Shown: positions 46,590 to 56,504 of the stretch, piece after piece
How the letters are laid out: every line of letters begins with the position of its first letter
Numbering within the stretch: the first letter of the stretch is position 1
The notes under the pieces: model-generated
Databases searched by the model: none
The model's input: only the letters and a program-made list of their open reading frames with translations
What the model was told of the DNA's origin: nothing
Source: Sphingobacteriales bacterium
Lineage (GTDB): Bacteria > Bacteroidota > Bacteroidia > Chitinophagales > Chitinophagaceae
Assembly (NCBI GenBank): GCA_031372815.1
Contig: JANMMA010000083.1
Coordinates: forward strand, 4,820 to 68,819
Length of the DNA: 64,000 nucleotides
Reading direction: 5' to 3'
Position numbers and translations under genes: made by a program

Positions 46590-47419
46590 CCATTATAGTA
46601 TGCGGAGCAGGAACAATGGGTAGCGGCATTGCCGAAACTGCTGCACGTTCCGGTTACCCTACTATTCTTTTTGACCTGGATGAAAATGCACTCAACAAGG
46701 CAAAGCAATCCATAGAAAAAAACTTCGCCGCATTAAGGGAAAAAGATAAGATCTCCGAAGGTAACATGGCACTTGCCCTAGCCCGGTTAATTTTCACCAC
46801 CGAACTGAGTCGGTGCCACGGAAACATCATCATAGAAGCTATCGTGGAAAAACTGGTGCCGAAGATTGAATTATTCAGTAGCCTCGCTGAATTGAACGGC
46901 AGCGACACCATATTTGCTTCCAATACTTCATCGCTATCGATCAATTCATTAGCTGAACATTTGCCTTTTCCGGAAAGGGTTTGCGGAATGCATTTCTTTA
47001 ATCCTGCACAGATCATGAAACTTGTGGAGTTAGTGAAGGGAGAAAAAACGGCAGCCTGGGTTATAGAACAACTCACTGAGTTATCGATGAATATGGGAAA
47101 GTCGCCTGTGATCTGTAAAGATTCACCGGGATTTATTGTAAACAGGGTTGCGCGCCATTATTACCTTGAATCCCTGCAGCTTTTAGCAGAAGGAGCAGAA
47201 ATCGCACAGGTAGATCGCATACTTGAAGGCTCAGGGTTCAAGATGGGGCCATTCAAATTGATGGACCTTATTGGCAACGACGTCAACCTTGCGGTTACTA
47301 TATCACTTTACGAAGCCTGTGGCAAACCTGTCAGGTTTAAACCGTCTGCTATACAGGAGCAAAAATTTGAGCGAGGTGAGCTTGGCAGAAAAACGGGTAA
47401 GGGATACTACACTTATTAA
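46586..47419 (+). CDS. 3-hydroxyacyl-CoA (3-hydroxybutyryl-CoA) dehydrogenase family protein
   Basis: Rossmann N-terminus IIVCGAGTMGSGIA, then SNTSSLSI, MHFFNPAQIMKLVE and PGFIVNRV. It overlaps pheS by 4 nt. Confidence 0.8.
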   Translation: MTIIVCGAGTMGSGIAETAARSGYPTILFDLDENALNKAKQSIEKNFAALREKDKISEGNMALALARLIFTTELSRCHGNIIIEAIVEKLVPKIELFSSLAELNGSDTIFASNTSSLSINSLAEHLPFPERVCGMHFFNPAQIMKLVELVKGEKTAAWVIEQLTELSMNMGKSPVICKDSPGFIVNRVARHYYLESLQLLAEGAEIAQVDRILEGSGFKMGPFKLMDLIGNDVNLAVTISLYEACGKPVRFKPSAIQEQKFERGELGRKTGKGYYTY

Positions 47420-47427
47420 AGAACAAT

Positions 47428-48411
47428 ATGGTATTTGTAACAGGGGGCACAGGACTATTGGGCGGTTATGTGCTCAGGGAATTGCTCAAACGTGGCGAAG
47501 CAGTTAAGGCTTTGTACCGGAATCATTATCCAGTATTATTGAACCCTGATGAGATTAAGGCCATTGAGTGGATCAAGGGTGACATTTTTGACACTGTATT
47601 GCTTCAGCGTATTTGCAGTGAAGTAGATGAAGTGTATCATTGTGCTGGTCTGGTTTCGTTTAACCCGTCACGTAAGCATGACCTGATGCGGGTAAATGTA
47701 ACGGGCACGGCTAATGTAGTAAATGCCTGCATCGCCGGAGGTGTGAAAAAGCTGCTACATGTAAGTTCAGTTTCAGCTCTCGGCCGTAAGAGGGCCGGCG
47801 TCACGGTCACAGAGGACGCGAAATGGTCTGAAGAGAATAACCTTTCGGCATATGGCAAGAGCAAATATTACGCAGAGCTTGAAGTATGGAGGGGCATCAG
47901 TGAAGGATTGAACGCAGTCATCGTTAATCCAACGATAATCCTTGGCGTGGGTAACTGGGACTACAGTTCTGCTGCCACTTTCAAGAGCGCATACGAGGAA
48001 TTCCCCTGGTATACGGAAGGAATAAGTGGTTTTGTGGATGCAGGTGATGTTGCCAGCATAATGGCAGAACTGATGAAGTCGGGCATTACTGAAGAAAAAT
48101 TCATCATTTCTGCTGAAAACCTAAGCTTCAGACAAGTATTCAACATGATGGCCAAAAACTTTAACAAAGCAGCACCCAAATGGAAGGCCAGCCCTATACT
48201 TACATCCCTTGTGTGGCGATGGGAAAAAGCGAAAAGCCTGTTCACCGGAAAAGACCCTTTGCTGACCAAAGAAACAGCTGAAACTGCGCGGATGAAAATA
48301 TATTTTGACCACAGTAAACTGAAAAAATTTCTTCCCGGTTTCAGTTTCAGGCCTTTGGAAGAGAGCATAGCTGAATCCTGCCGTGAATATTTGTTAAGGC
48401 TTAACAGGTAG
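47428..48411 (+). CDS. NAD-dependent epimerase/dehydratase (extended SDR) family protein
   Basis: VFVTGGTGLLGG glycine-rich loop and the YGKSK catalytic YxxxK. Confidence 0.75.
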   Translation: MVFVTGGTGLLGGYVLRELLKRGEAVKALYRNHYPVLLNPDEIKAIEWIKGDIFDTVLLQRICSEVDEVYHCAGLVSFNPSRKHDLMRVNVTGTANVVNACIAGGVKKLLHVSSVSALGRKRAGVTVTEDAKWSEENNLSAYGKSKYYAELEVWRGISEGLNAVIVNPTIILGVGNWDYSSAATFKSAYEEFPWYTEGISGFVDAGDVASIMAELMKSGITEEKFIISAENLSFRQVFNMMAKNFNKAAPKWKASPILTSLVWRWEKAKSLFTGKDPLLTKETAETARMKIYFDHSKLKKFLPGFSFRPLEESIAESCREYLLRLNR

Positions 48412-48450
48412 CGCACAATATTTGCTTAGATAGCCCTGTTAATACAGCAT

Positions 48451-49524
48451 ATGATGAAAATCCTATTTCTTTTCTGCACCCTGTTCATGGTCATCACCAG
48501 TGGTATTTCACAATCATATATGGTGAGTGGAACGGTGATCGACAATAAAACACAACTGCCACTAGGCGGAGCATCAGTTTTTTGCCAGAATACAACCCTT
48601 GGCACACTTACGAACGCTAATGGAGAATTCAGGCTTACGGTTCCGGCAGGAGGATATGATATTGTTGTGAGCTACACAAACTACGAAACACAAAGCCAGA
48701 GGATTAGCCAACAGGCAGAAAATGTTCAGTCGCTCCGCTTTGTACTGAAAGAAAAAGACAAGAGCATGGAAGAGGTGTCCATAGTTGCCACCAATGAAGT
48801 GAAGGATGGCCTGGCAAAATATGGAAGTTTTTTCAAGGAGCAGTTTATAGGACTCACCGTGAACAGTGCATCATGTACAATAGAGAATCCTGAAACGCTG
48901 CGTTTTTTCTACAGTAAGAAAAAAAACAGGTTGAAGATCACCGCAAAAGAAGATGTGATCATCAGTAACATGGCCCTGGGGTATAGGATCCGTTACCAAC
49001 TCGATTCATTTACTCATGAATATGGGAATAGCATCACACAGTATACAGGCTATCCATTGTTTGAAGAAATGAACGGCACTCCGGAACAAATGAAAACATG
49101 GTTGTTGAACAGGGAAGTTGCCTATTATGGTTCATTGCTGCACTTTATGCGCGCATATTATGACAGCACCCTCGGGGAAAGTGGCTTTAAAATGGAAAAG
49201 GTAGACGAAAAAAATGGCAGGACCAGGAACGTTAATAATCCTTATGACAGTTCCATTGCCATATCGCAGGATAAAGAACTGGAACTTCATCCTAATAAAC
49301 TGAGGATTGTATACGGTGATGAAAAACCGGAGAGCTTGTATCTGCAGAAAAATAAACTCTCGGCAAATACAACGATCCAGATCTCCCAAATTGATTTCCT
49401 TGACGGTATTGTGATTGAGCGTAATGGTTACTATTATGACCAGCGTGATGTGCTTACCCAGGGGTACTGGAGCTGGGAAAAACTCGCTGATTTTCTTCCT
49501 TACAATTTCATTCCTGTTGAATGA
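48451..49524 (+). CDS. Carboxypeptidase-regulatory-like domain protein (secreted, function unknown)
   Basis: A signal peptide followed by VSGTVIDNKTQLPLGGASVFCQNTTLGTLTNANGEFRLTVPAGGYDIVVSYTNYE. Confidence 0.6.
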   Translation: MMKILFLFCTLFMVITSGISQSYMVSGTVIDNKTQLPLGGASVFCQNTTLGTLTNANGEFRLTVPAGGYDIVVSYTNYETQSQRISQQAENVQSLRFVLKEKDKSMEEVSIVATNEVKDGLAKYGSFFKEQFIGLTVNSASCTIENPETLRFFYSKKKNRLKITAKEDVIISNMALGYRIRYQLDSFTHEYGNSITQYTGYPLFEEMNGTPEQMKTWLLNREVAYYGSLLHFMRAYYDSTLGESGFKMEKVDEKNGRTRNVNNPYDSSIAISQDKELELHPNKLRIVYGDEKPESLYLQKNKLSANTTIQISQIDFLDGIVIERNGYYYDQRDVLTQGYWSWEKLADFLPYNFIPVE

Positions 49525-49557
49525 ATATTCCCTGTTAGATATGAGGTCATAAGAGTA

Positions 49558-50502
49558 TTACATATTCCTGACCTTATTCCATATTTCAGGAAGTCTCTTG
49601 AGGTAAACCAATTGACGCTTTTTTACAGTGGCATCTTCTGTGGGGCTACCCCAATAGATCTTTCCTCCTTCAAGATTGCCTGGCACACCACTTTGGGCAA
49701 GGACCACTGCATTTTCGCCAATCGTTAAGGTTTTGCTGACACCAACCTGTCCCCATAACACCACACCATCTTCCAACGTCACCGCTCCGGCAATGCCAAC
49801 CTGCGCCGCAATAAGGCAATTCTTTCCGATTACCGTATCATGGCCCACATGTATCATATTATCCATTTTTGTTCCGGCTCCAATTACTGTATCATGGGTC
49901 ACTCCCCTGTCAATGGTACATCCGGCTCCAATCTCCACATTATTTTCAATCAACACCCTCCCACAACTTTCCATCTTACGGTACCAGGTTTCACGGTTCT
50001 TGCGTGTATTGTAATAAAAGGCATCTGATCCGATCACAGTGCCTGCCTGAATAATTACGTTATTTCCTACCTGGCAATGATCAAGAATGCTAACACCGGG
50101 AAAAATTTTACATCCTTCGCCTATCACTACGTGATGGCCGATGAAAGCACCCGGATATATAAAACTTGTCTTGCCAATAATCGCTGTTTCACTGATCATG
50201 GATACAGCCGGTTCAAATGGCCTGAAGTGTGCAACGATTTTCAAATAGGCATCAAAAGGTTCGTTCACCACCAGCAAAGCTTTGCCTGCGGGACATTCTA
50301 CTATGTTATTGATGATAATGAATGTTGCCGGCGATTGCAGGCATTTCTCGTAATATTTTGGATGATCAACAAAAACAATATCACCATCCTCCACCTTGTG
50401 GATCTCATTAATACCCGTTGCATTGCCATCTAGTTTGCCAATAAGTTCCGCATTAAGAAATTCTGCTAGCCATTTGACAGGTACCGGAGAAGGGAACTTC
50501 AT
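49558..50502 (-). CDS. lpxD: UDP-3-O-acylglucosamine N-acyltransferase
   Basis: Left-handed beta-helix hexapeptide repeats (IGEGCKIFPGVSI ... VGNNVIIQAGTVIGSD ... VEIGAGCTIDRG ... IGKNCLIAAQVGIAG). The start is placed at the ATG at 50502 (MKFPSPV). Confidence 0.88.
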   Translation of the reverse strand: MKFPSPVPVKWLAEFLNAELIGKLDGNATGINEIHKVEDGDIVFVDHPKYYEKCLQSPATFIIINNIVECPAGKALLVVNEPFDAYLKIVAHFRPFEPAVSMISETAIIGKTSFIYPGAFIGHHVVIGEGCKIFPGVSILDHCQVGNNVIIQAGTVIGSDAFYYNTRKNRETWYRKMESCGRVLIENNVEIGAGCTIDRGVTHDTVIGAGTKMDNMIHVGHDTVIGKNCLIAAQVGIAGAVTLEDGVVLWGQVGVSKTLTIGENAVVLAQSGVPGNLEGGKIYWGSPTEDATVKKRQLVYLKRLPEIWNKVRNM

Positions 50503-50719
50503 GTGCTGAATTTTAGTTGATATACAAATGTACAATTGCTGACAGCAGAAACGGTAAATGGCAAATTGATGATCTAAATCATTAAAACTGCCACGTAATT
50601 AACATCTTTCTAAAAAATGTGAATAAAATTTCTTAAAAAAACTTTCGATATAGAGAAAATTCTTTTTAATATTGTGCAGGGAAATTTTTTTCCCGTACTT
50701 ACTAACCCATCTATATAAC

Positions 50720-50750
50720 AAAGCTCAGTGTAAACTGAGCTTTCTTATTT
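50720..50750 (+). terminator. Orphan terminator-like hairpin in the yicC leader
   Basis: aaagctcagt-GTAA-actgagcttt is a 10-bp perfect stem with a GNRA loop, followed by cttattt. It lies in a divergent gap, about 50 nt before the yicC ATG. Confidence 0.45.
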
Positions 50751-50800
50751 ATGTCCCCTTTGTGTTTTCCACTTTACTTTGTAAAAAAAAATCACCAGGT

Positions 50801-51676
50801 ATGCTCAAATCTATGACCGGTTATGGAAGATCAGAACAATCCGTTGAAGACAAAATTTTCCTGATCGAACTCCGGTCGCTCAATGGAAAGCAATTTGAAG
50901 TGACGTTGAAAATGCCCCAATTATTAAGGCCTTATGAATTTGAAATTCGTAATGTTTTATCTTCCACGTTAATTCGCGGAAGTATTGAGTGTGGTATCAC
51001 GCTTAAGCAAAACGGGGCAGCCAGGCCCGTTACTATCAACACAGAATTAGTGAAGTCCTATTATCAGCCGTTGGCAGAATTATCCAAAGAACTTAATCTT
51101 GATGCTTCCCATATTCTCAGCACACTGTTAAAGCTACCCGAAGTCATTACGCCTTCTACGGAAGCCCTCACTCCCGCTGAATGGGAATCTTTTAAAACCT
51201 TGCTGGATAAGGCGATCAGCAATATCAATACGCATCGCGAAGAAGAAGGAAAAGTATTGGAAGCAGAACTGATTCTTCGTATCGATAACATCATGCAGTA
51301 CCAGGAATCTTTAAAAGAGCTTGAGCCACTGCGGAAACAACGCATCAGGGACAACATGAATAAGTTGATGGAGGAACACGTTGGCAAAGACAATTTCGAC
51401 AGCAACAGACTGGAACAGGAACTGGTTTACTATATAGAGAAGATCGACGTAACAGAAGAACAAGTGAGGCTAAAAAATCATTGTGTTTATTTCAAGGATA
51501 TCCTTAAAGAAAATGACGAGGCAAAAGGAAAGAAGCTTTCTTTTATCCTTCAGGAGATCGGTCGGGAGATCAATACAACAGGCGCCAAGGCCTACGATTC
51601 TGCCATACAAAAGTTTGTAGTGATGATGAAGGATGAATTGGAAAAAGCGAAAGAACAGGTTCTGAATGTACTGTAG
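50801..51676 (+). CDS. yicC: YicC family stress-induced protein
   Basis: MLKSMTGYGRSE N-terminus and the C-terminal FILQEIGREINTTGAKA motif. The ORF track start at 50672 adds a 43-aa extension that runs through two hairpins. Confidence 0.85.
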   Translation: MLKSMTGYGRSEQSVEDKIFLIELRSLNGKQFEVTLKMPQLLRPYEFEIRNVLSSTLIRGSIECGITLKQNGAARPVTINTELVKSYYQPLAELSKELNLDASHILSTLLKLPEVITPSTEALTPAEWESFKTLLDKAISNINTHREEEGKVLEAELILRIDNIMQYQESLKELEPLRKQRIRDNMNKLMEEHVGKDNFDSNRLEQELVYYIEKIDVTEEQVRLKNHCVYFKDILKENDEAKGKKLSFILQEIGREINTTGAKAYDSAIQKFVVMMKDELEKAKEQVLNVL

Positions 51677-51703
51677 ATTACCTTTGCAGAAATAAAACCG
51701 GCA

Positions 51704-52177
51704 ATGCTGAAATACCTGGCCACCATTTTTGGCTCCGTCCTGCTGCTGTCGTCGTGCCTCCAGACAGACGTATTCGAAAAAAATGTCTCCCTCCCTTCCC
51801 ATACCTGGGATTATGCCAATAAGCCTACCTTATCTTTCCTGGTGACCGATACCACATCTTCCTATAATATTTTCCTGGTCGTACGACATACAGATGCATA
51901 TCATTTCAACAATCTCTGGGTTAAAATGAAAAGTTCAGCCCCCGGGGATTCCACCACTTTAACGCAACAATTCGACCTTCCCCTTGCGTCACAAACACAA
52001 TGGACAGGAAGTGGGATGGATGACATTTACGAGCACCGAATACTGTTGTACAGGAGGCCCGTAAAGTTCCGCATACAGGGCAATTATACCATCACCCTTG
52101 AACATGTAATGCGGGAAAATCCTCTTGAAGAGATCTTGAATGTGGGCATAAGGCTGGAAAAAGTCAGGCAGCAATGA
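51704..52177 (+). CDS. gldH: Gliding motility lipoprotein GldH
   Basis: Lipoprotein signal MLKYLATIFGSVLLLSSC. The size (157 aa) and the pattern VFEKNVSLPSHTWDY ... YNIFLVVRHTDAYHFNNLWVKM ... ITLEHVMRENPLEEILNVGIRLE match my recollection of the GldH family. Confidence 0.6.
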   Translation: MLKYLATIFGSVLLLSSCLQTDVFEKNVSLPSHTWDYANKPTLSFLVTDTTSSYNIFLVVRHTDAYHFNNLWVKMKSSAPGDSTTLTQQFDLPLASQTQWTGSGMDDIYEHRILLYRRPVKFRIQGNYTITLEHVMRENPLEEILNVGIRLEKVRQQ

Positions 52178-53163
52178 GACTAACGGCGTTCTATAGCAAG
52201 CACAAACTCGCCATCATCACCTGGGTTTATTGGTTTCTCTTATTATATTCAATGGCAGCTCTTGTATGGTGGTTCGTAGCACTTATGCAACAGAATGAAG
52301 AAATGTATTCTTTCAAAAAAGAATTGATTTCATTGCAAGATCCCAACTACCAGGTGAAACTTAATTTCATAGCGTTGGAGAAAAGCCGGAACATGGCGCA
52401 ATACCTGGGAGAAGGTGTGATCTTCATGTTTATTATGCTTCTTGGTGCTGTGTTCGTTTACAGGTCGGTAAGAAAGCAAATCCTGCTCAATGAACAACAA
52501 CAAAATTTCATGATGGCCATAACACATGAATTGAAAACGCCCATTGCCATTACCCGGATCAATTTAGAAACACTGCAAAAACGAAAGCTTGATTCGGTCC
52601 AGCAGGAAAAAATATTTGCCAATACTTTCCAGGAAACAGACCGTCTGAATGACCTCTGCAATAATATATTACTGGCTGCCCAAATGGAATCAGGCAAATA
52701 CCTTCAGGAGTGGGAGGAAGTTAATATCAGTGAATTGGCGCAAACCTCTTGCTTGTTTCTGGAAAAAAGGTTTCCTAAACGGTCACTTAAAACAGCTATT
52801 CAACCTGACATTATCGTCTCCTGTGATAAGCTGCTGATTAACCTTCTTTTTAATAATCTTATTGAAAATGCGTTTAAATATTCGCCTGCAGACAAATCAG
52901 TATCGGTAGCGCTTGAAGCCACTGAAAAGATAAAGTTTTTTGTTACAGATGAAGGAACTGGCATCCCGGAAAAGGAAAAGAAAAAAATCTTTGAAAAATT
53001 CTACCGCACCGGCAGCGAGAATACCCGAAAAGCAAAGGGCACAGGGCTCGGACTCTACTTGTCGCGAAAAATCGCAGAAGATCATGGCGCCACTATTTCA
53101 ATAAAGGATAATCAGCCAACAGGAAGTATTTTTGTCATTGAATTCAATAAGCCATGGAGTTGA
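52174..53163 (+). CDS. Sensor histidine kinase (two TM segments, short periplasmic loop)
   Basis: HisKA H-box ITHELKTPIA, N-box LIENAFKYS and G-boxes DEGTGIP / GTGLGL. There is an ATGA overlap with the gldH stop. Confidence 0.85.
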   Translation: MRLTAFYSKHKLAIITWVYWFLLLYSMAALVWWFVALMQQNEEMYSFKKELISLQDPNYQVKLNFIALEKSRNMAQYLGEGVIFMFIMLLGAVFVYRSVRKQILLNEQQQNFMMAITHELKTPIAITRINLETLQKRKLDSVQQEKIFANTFQETDRLNDLCNNILLAAQMESGKYLQEWEEVNISELAQTSCLFLEKRFPKRSLKTAIQPDIIVSCDKLLINLLFNNLIENAFKYSPADKSVSVALEATEKIKFFVTDEGTGIPEKEKKKIFEKFYRTGSENTRKAKGTGLGLYLSRKIAEDHGATISIKDNQPTGSIFVIEFNKPWS

Positions 53164-53870
53164 CACAGGAAAACAGGCGCCCGGCAATTTTGATTGTTGA
53201 AGACGAAGAAAATCTTCAGGAAGCCCTGAAGCTAAACCTTGAATTGGAAGGTTATGAAGTCTCGTGCGTTGGCAACGGCCTGGATGCACTCAAAAAGCTT
53301 GAAGGGGAATTCTTTGATCTGGTGATCATGGATGTAATGCTTCCCGAAATAGATGGCATAACGGTAACAGAGAATTTAAGGCTTCAGCATAATGATGTAC
53401 CGATACTGATTGTAAGTGCTAAAAGTAGCGGCGCTGACCGGGTACTTGGACTGAAAAAAGGTGCAGACGACTACCTTGTAAAGCCTTTTAATCTCGAAGA
53501 ATTGTTTCTGCGTGTGCAAAAACTGATCGATAAAAATAAGCGCATCACCCAAAAGACGACGCTCGGAAATCACTTTGAGTTTGGTGGAAACTATATCGAC
53601 TTCAAAGCACAGCAGGCAAAAAATGCCAAAGGGGAGATCATTCCCTTAAGCAAGAAAGAAGTGATGTTGCTGAAACTGCTGATAGAAAATAAAAACGAAG
53701 TGGTGTCGCGTGAGAAAATATTACAGTACGTCTGGGGGTACCAGGTGTTTCCTACCACACGTACCATCGACAATTTCATTTTGAACTTCAGGAAATATTT
53801 TGAAACAGATTCAAGAAATCCAAAATATTTTCACTCTGCGCGTGGTGTGGGTTATAAGTTTTCTGAATAA
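53154..53870 (+). CDS. OmpR/PhoB-family response regulator
   Basis: Receiver domain (ILIVEDEENL ... DLVIMDVMLPEIDG ... KPF) plus a winged-helix C-terminus (RGVGYKF). It overlaps the kinase gene by 10 nt. Confidence 0.9.
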   Translation: MELTQENRRPAILIVEDEENLQEALKLNLELEGYEVSCVGNGLDALKKLEGEFFDLVIMDVMLPEIDGITVTENLRLQHNDVPILIVSAKSSGADRVLGLKKGADDYLVKPFNLEELFLRVQKLIDKNKRITQKTTLGNHFEFGGNYIDFKAQQAKNAKGEIIPLSKKEVMLLKLLIENKNEVVSREKILQYVWGYQVFPTTRTIDNFILNFRKYFETDSRNPKYFHSARGVGYKFSE

Positions 53871-53914
53871 CAATTGATCATTGGCTGCTTGTGCAACGGC
53901 ATATTCTGTAGCGA

Positions 53915-55753
53915 TCAGGCAATAATTTTCTGCAGTGATTCAAGGTCTTCTATCATTTTTCGGTCCATGATAAATGGTGTGTAGATGGCCATAGCAGCGT
54001 CTTTTTTCAGTGCTGCTATTTGCCTGATCAGTTCACTATCCACCCCTGCCATTTGCAAAGTATTTTCCCAGTTTCCGGAAGCATTAGCACCATATTTTTT
54101 TTGCATCCATTCATTGATCACGTTATTAACCTGCTTGTAAAACAGGTGATAGTCGCCCTGCTCGAATGCCATTTTGATCTGCCTTAAAAGATCTTCTTCT
54201 TTTGTTTCTGGTTGAAGCTGCTGATCAGCAGCAGTCGCTACTTGCCTTAAGGGTGATTTATCAGGGACAACATTAACGTTATGATTCTGGCGAAGTATAA
54301 GATAGAGTCCGCCGAAAACCGTTAACAGTCCAATGCCGGAAATAATCCATTTCCAAATATCACCCGTCGCTTCAGTTTTTAACGGAAGCGTTGTTTTAAC
54401 AGCGGTGGCTGCAAGAGCCGGATCCACATGGAACTTAACAGAATCTGAGCTGGCTATTCCATACTTTCCCGTTTCGGGGTCAAAATAATACAGGCTTACA
54501 GGAGGTATCACAATATCGCCTTCCCTGCGAACAGATAATGGGTAGGTGAAAATTTTCGCACCAGATATCGGGCTGACAAACTTATTGAACTGTTCTTTTA
54601 CAGTAGATTCATAAGCTTCAAGGGAGTCTGGCCATTGCACTGAAGGCGGCGCGAGCACAGGAAAGTTTCCTTTGCCTGAAATTTCTACCTGTACATCTAC
54701 AACATCATTTTTATGAATCTTTCCACCGGCTATCCTGGTATTAATATGAAACTGACCAACTGCACCATTGAACATAGGAGCTGCATTCTGAGGCAAGGGT
54801 TTTACTTCCACTTTTACGGGATTACTGGTAAGGGTAACTGTTTCCCTGATGATTCCGTCCTGATTGCCGTTATGATCTGCCAGGGACTGCAGCAAGCCCG
54901 AGAGTCCATAGTCTGACCCCATGCTTTCCTCCTTAACAAACGTCAGGTTGTTTTCTACTTCTACTGCGTCCAACTCAAAACTTCCCGATTGCAACGGATA
55001 CAACTGAACCTTACGAAGCAGGTAAACATTATATTCCTTGCCGTTATAAATTTCTCTGCCCGATTCTTCCCGCTCAGGATCAACCATGTCGTAAACGCTG
55101 AAGCCATTGAAAGAAGGTCGTTTGGTGACCTTGGATTCAGATTTAAGCCGCGTGTATAACTTATATGTTGCTACCAAAGGCTCTCCTTCAAAGCAGGTTT
55201 TTTTATTGACGTCCAGCTTAACAAAGATGTTATTGCTGATCTTTTTCTGAAGGCTTTCACCCTTCTTCATAATAAATTCATTCATCACGGACCGATCTTC
55301 TGTCTGTCCAGGGTAAACGGCATTGATGACATCCACCCATGCATTATTAGACCGATAGGTTTTCCCATCTATCTTAACGGTTGCGGAAGGGATCAGAATA
55401 CGGCCCGGCCGGATTGCCTTCAACAGATAAGAAAAACTAATGTATTCTTTCAGTACACCGTCTTGCAGGCTCCATCCCGAAGCCTGGTCGGGCCCCTCCA
55501 TTACATTAAAATTTTTGAATGGGGGAGGTACAAACTGACTAACTTTTTTGCTATTCTCAATCGTAAACTGCACCTGGAGATAGTCTTGCAAACTTATTTT
55601 CTGGCTACTTACCATGAGTGTAAACCTCACTTCATCGGCAAAGGAGGTAACATGGAGAAAAACTAGGGCAAACAGTATCAGTATTGTCTTATTCACGTTT
55701 AAAAAATCTGGAAAGGTAAAATTACGATGCCACGATAAGCTGATCGTTTCCAT
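53915..55753 (-). CDS. BatD-like (aerotolerance operon D family) membrane-anchored protein
   Basis: 612 aa with an N-terminal signal, repeated beta-rich modules, a single late TM segment (WKWIISGIGLLTVFGGLYLIL) and a helical tail. This architecture matches BatD as I remember it. Confidence 0.5.
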   Translation of the reverse strand: METISLSWHRNFTFPDFLNVNKTILILFALVFLHVTSFADEVRFTLMVSSQKISLQDYLQVQFTIENSKKVSQFVPPPFKNFNVMEGPDQASGWSLQDGVLKEYISFSYLLKAIRPGRILIPSATVKIDGKTYRSNNAWVDVINAVYPGQTEDRSVMNEFIMKKGESLQKKISNNIFVKLDVNKKTCFEGEPLVATYKLYTRLKSESKVTKRPSFNGFSVYDMVDPEREESGREIYNGKEYNVYLLRKVQLYPLQSGSFELDAVEVENNLTFVKEESMGSDYGLSGLLQSLADHNGNQDGIIRETVTLTSNPVKVEVKPLPQNAAPMFNGAVGQFHINTRIAGGKIHKNDVVDVQVEISGKGNFPVLAPPSVQWPDSLEAYESTVKEQFNKFVSPISGAKIFTYPLSVRREGDIVIPPVSLYYFDPETGKYGIASSDSVKFHVDPALAATAVKTTLPLKTEATGDIWKWIISGIGLLTVFGGLYLILRQNHNVNVVPDKSPLRQVATAADQQLQPETKEEDLLRQIKMAFEQGDYHLFYKQVNNVINEWMQKKYGANASGNWENTLQMAGVDSELIRQIAALKKDAAMAIYTPFIMDRKMIEDLESLQKIIA

Positions 55754-55769
55754 TCATCATTTAACTTTT

Positions 55770-56495
55770 TTATAGATCTCCCAATTGAGGCCTGAGAACG
55801 ATCTCTTCCACACAGGCATTTATGGATAACCTGGAGGCCGCATAGATTAGGTCAGCTACGTCTGCCACTTCCATGATCCTTGACCTTTCCACATAGCCTT
55901 CCCAGGCGGGCGTGAATGTAGCACCTGGATGTATTGCCGTTACCTTAATGCCGAAATTTTTCATCTCTTCCCTCAGGTTTTTACTGAAGCCCAGTAACGC
56001 AAATTTGCTGATACTATATGAGCCTCCTGCCGGGTATGCTTGAAGAGCAGCTACGGAACACATATTGAAGATATGTCCGCTTTTTGCCTTCATCATTACT
56101 GGTACCACCCTGCGCGTCAAATGATAGGCCGAATAGAGATTTAGATCGATCATTTTTTCCAGGTTGCCTTCGGGCTCATTATACACACTACCAGGAACAA
56201 AAGAACCCGCATTATTCACCAGGATATCGATTTGATCCCAGGCATCAAGAAGGGTATCTGCAAAAGCATTTACCTGTTCTTTTTTAGAAAGGTCAGCATT
56301 GAAGCTCGAAACTGATATCCCATGCTTTCGTATTAGTTCTTTTTGCCACCCGCTATGCCGGTCCATATTTCTGGAACAGAGAAAAAGGTTGGCCCCCGCT
56401 GCCGCAAATTTCTCTGCTATCCCAAAACCTATTCCCTGGCTTGCTCCTGTAATAACAACATTCATAAACTGTGATTTAACCTTATTCATCTCCAA
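55770..56495 (-). CDS. SDR family oxidoreductase
   Basis: VVITGASQGIGFGIA cofactor loop, NNAG, and the catalytic S...YSISK. Confidence 0.85.
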   Translation of the reverse strand: MEMNKVKSQFMNVVITGASQGIGFGIAEKFAAAGANLFLCSRNMDRHSGWQKELIRKHGISVSSFNADLSKKEQVNAFADTLLDAWDQIDILVNNAGSFVPGSVYNEPEGNLEKMIDLNLYSAYHLTRRVVPVMMKAKSGHIFNMCSVAALQAYPAGGSYSISKFALLGFSKNLREEMKNFGIKVTAIHPGATFTPAWEGYVERSRIMEVADVADLIYAASRLSINACVEEIVLRPQLGDL

Positions 56496-56504
56496 AGCTA
56501 TAGT

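Noticed and set aside
50672-50800. N-terminal extensions appear in the ORF track: yicC from 50672, SusC from 27840, hydrolase from 36231, HU from 18739, fasciclin from 7203, lpxD from 50535, cdsA from 62880.
   Set aside because: In each case an internal ATG gives a canonical family N-terminus or signal peptide. The extensions run through hairpins or terminators, or add implausible residues.
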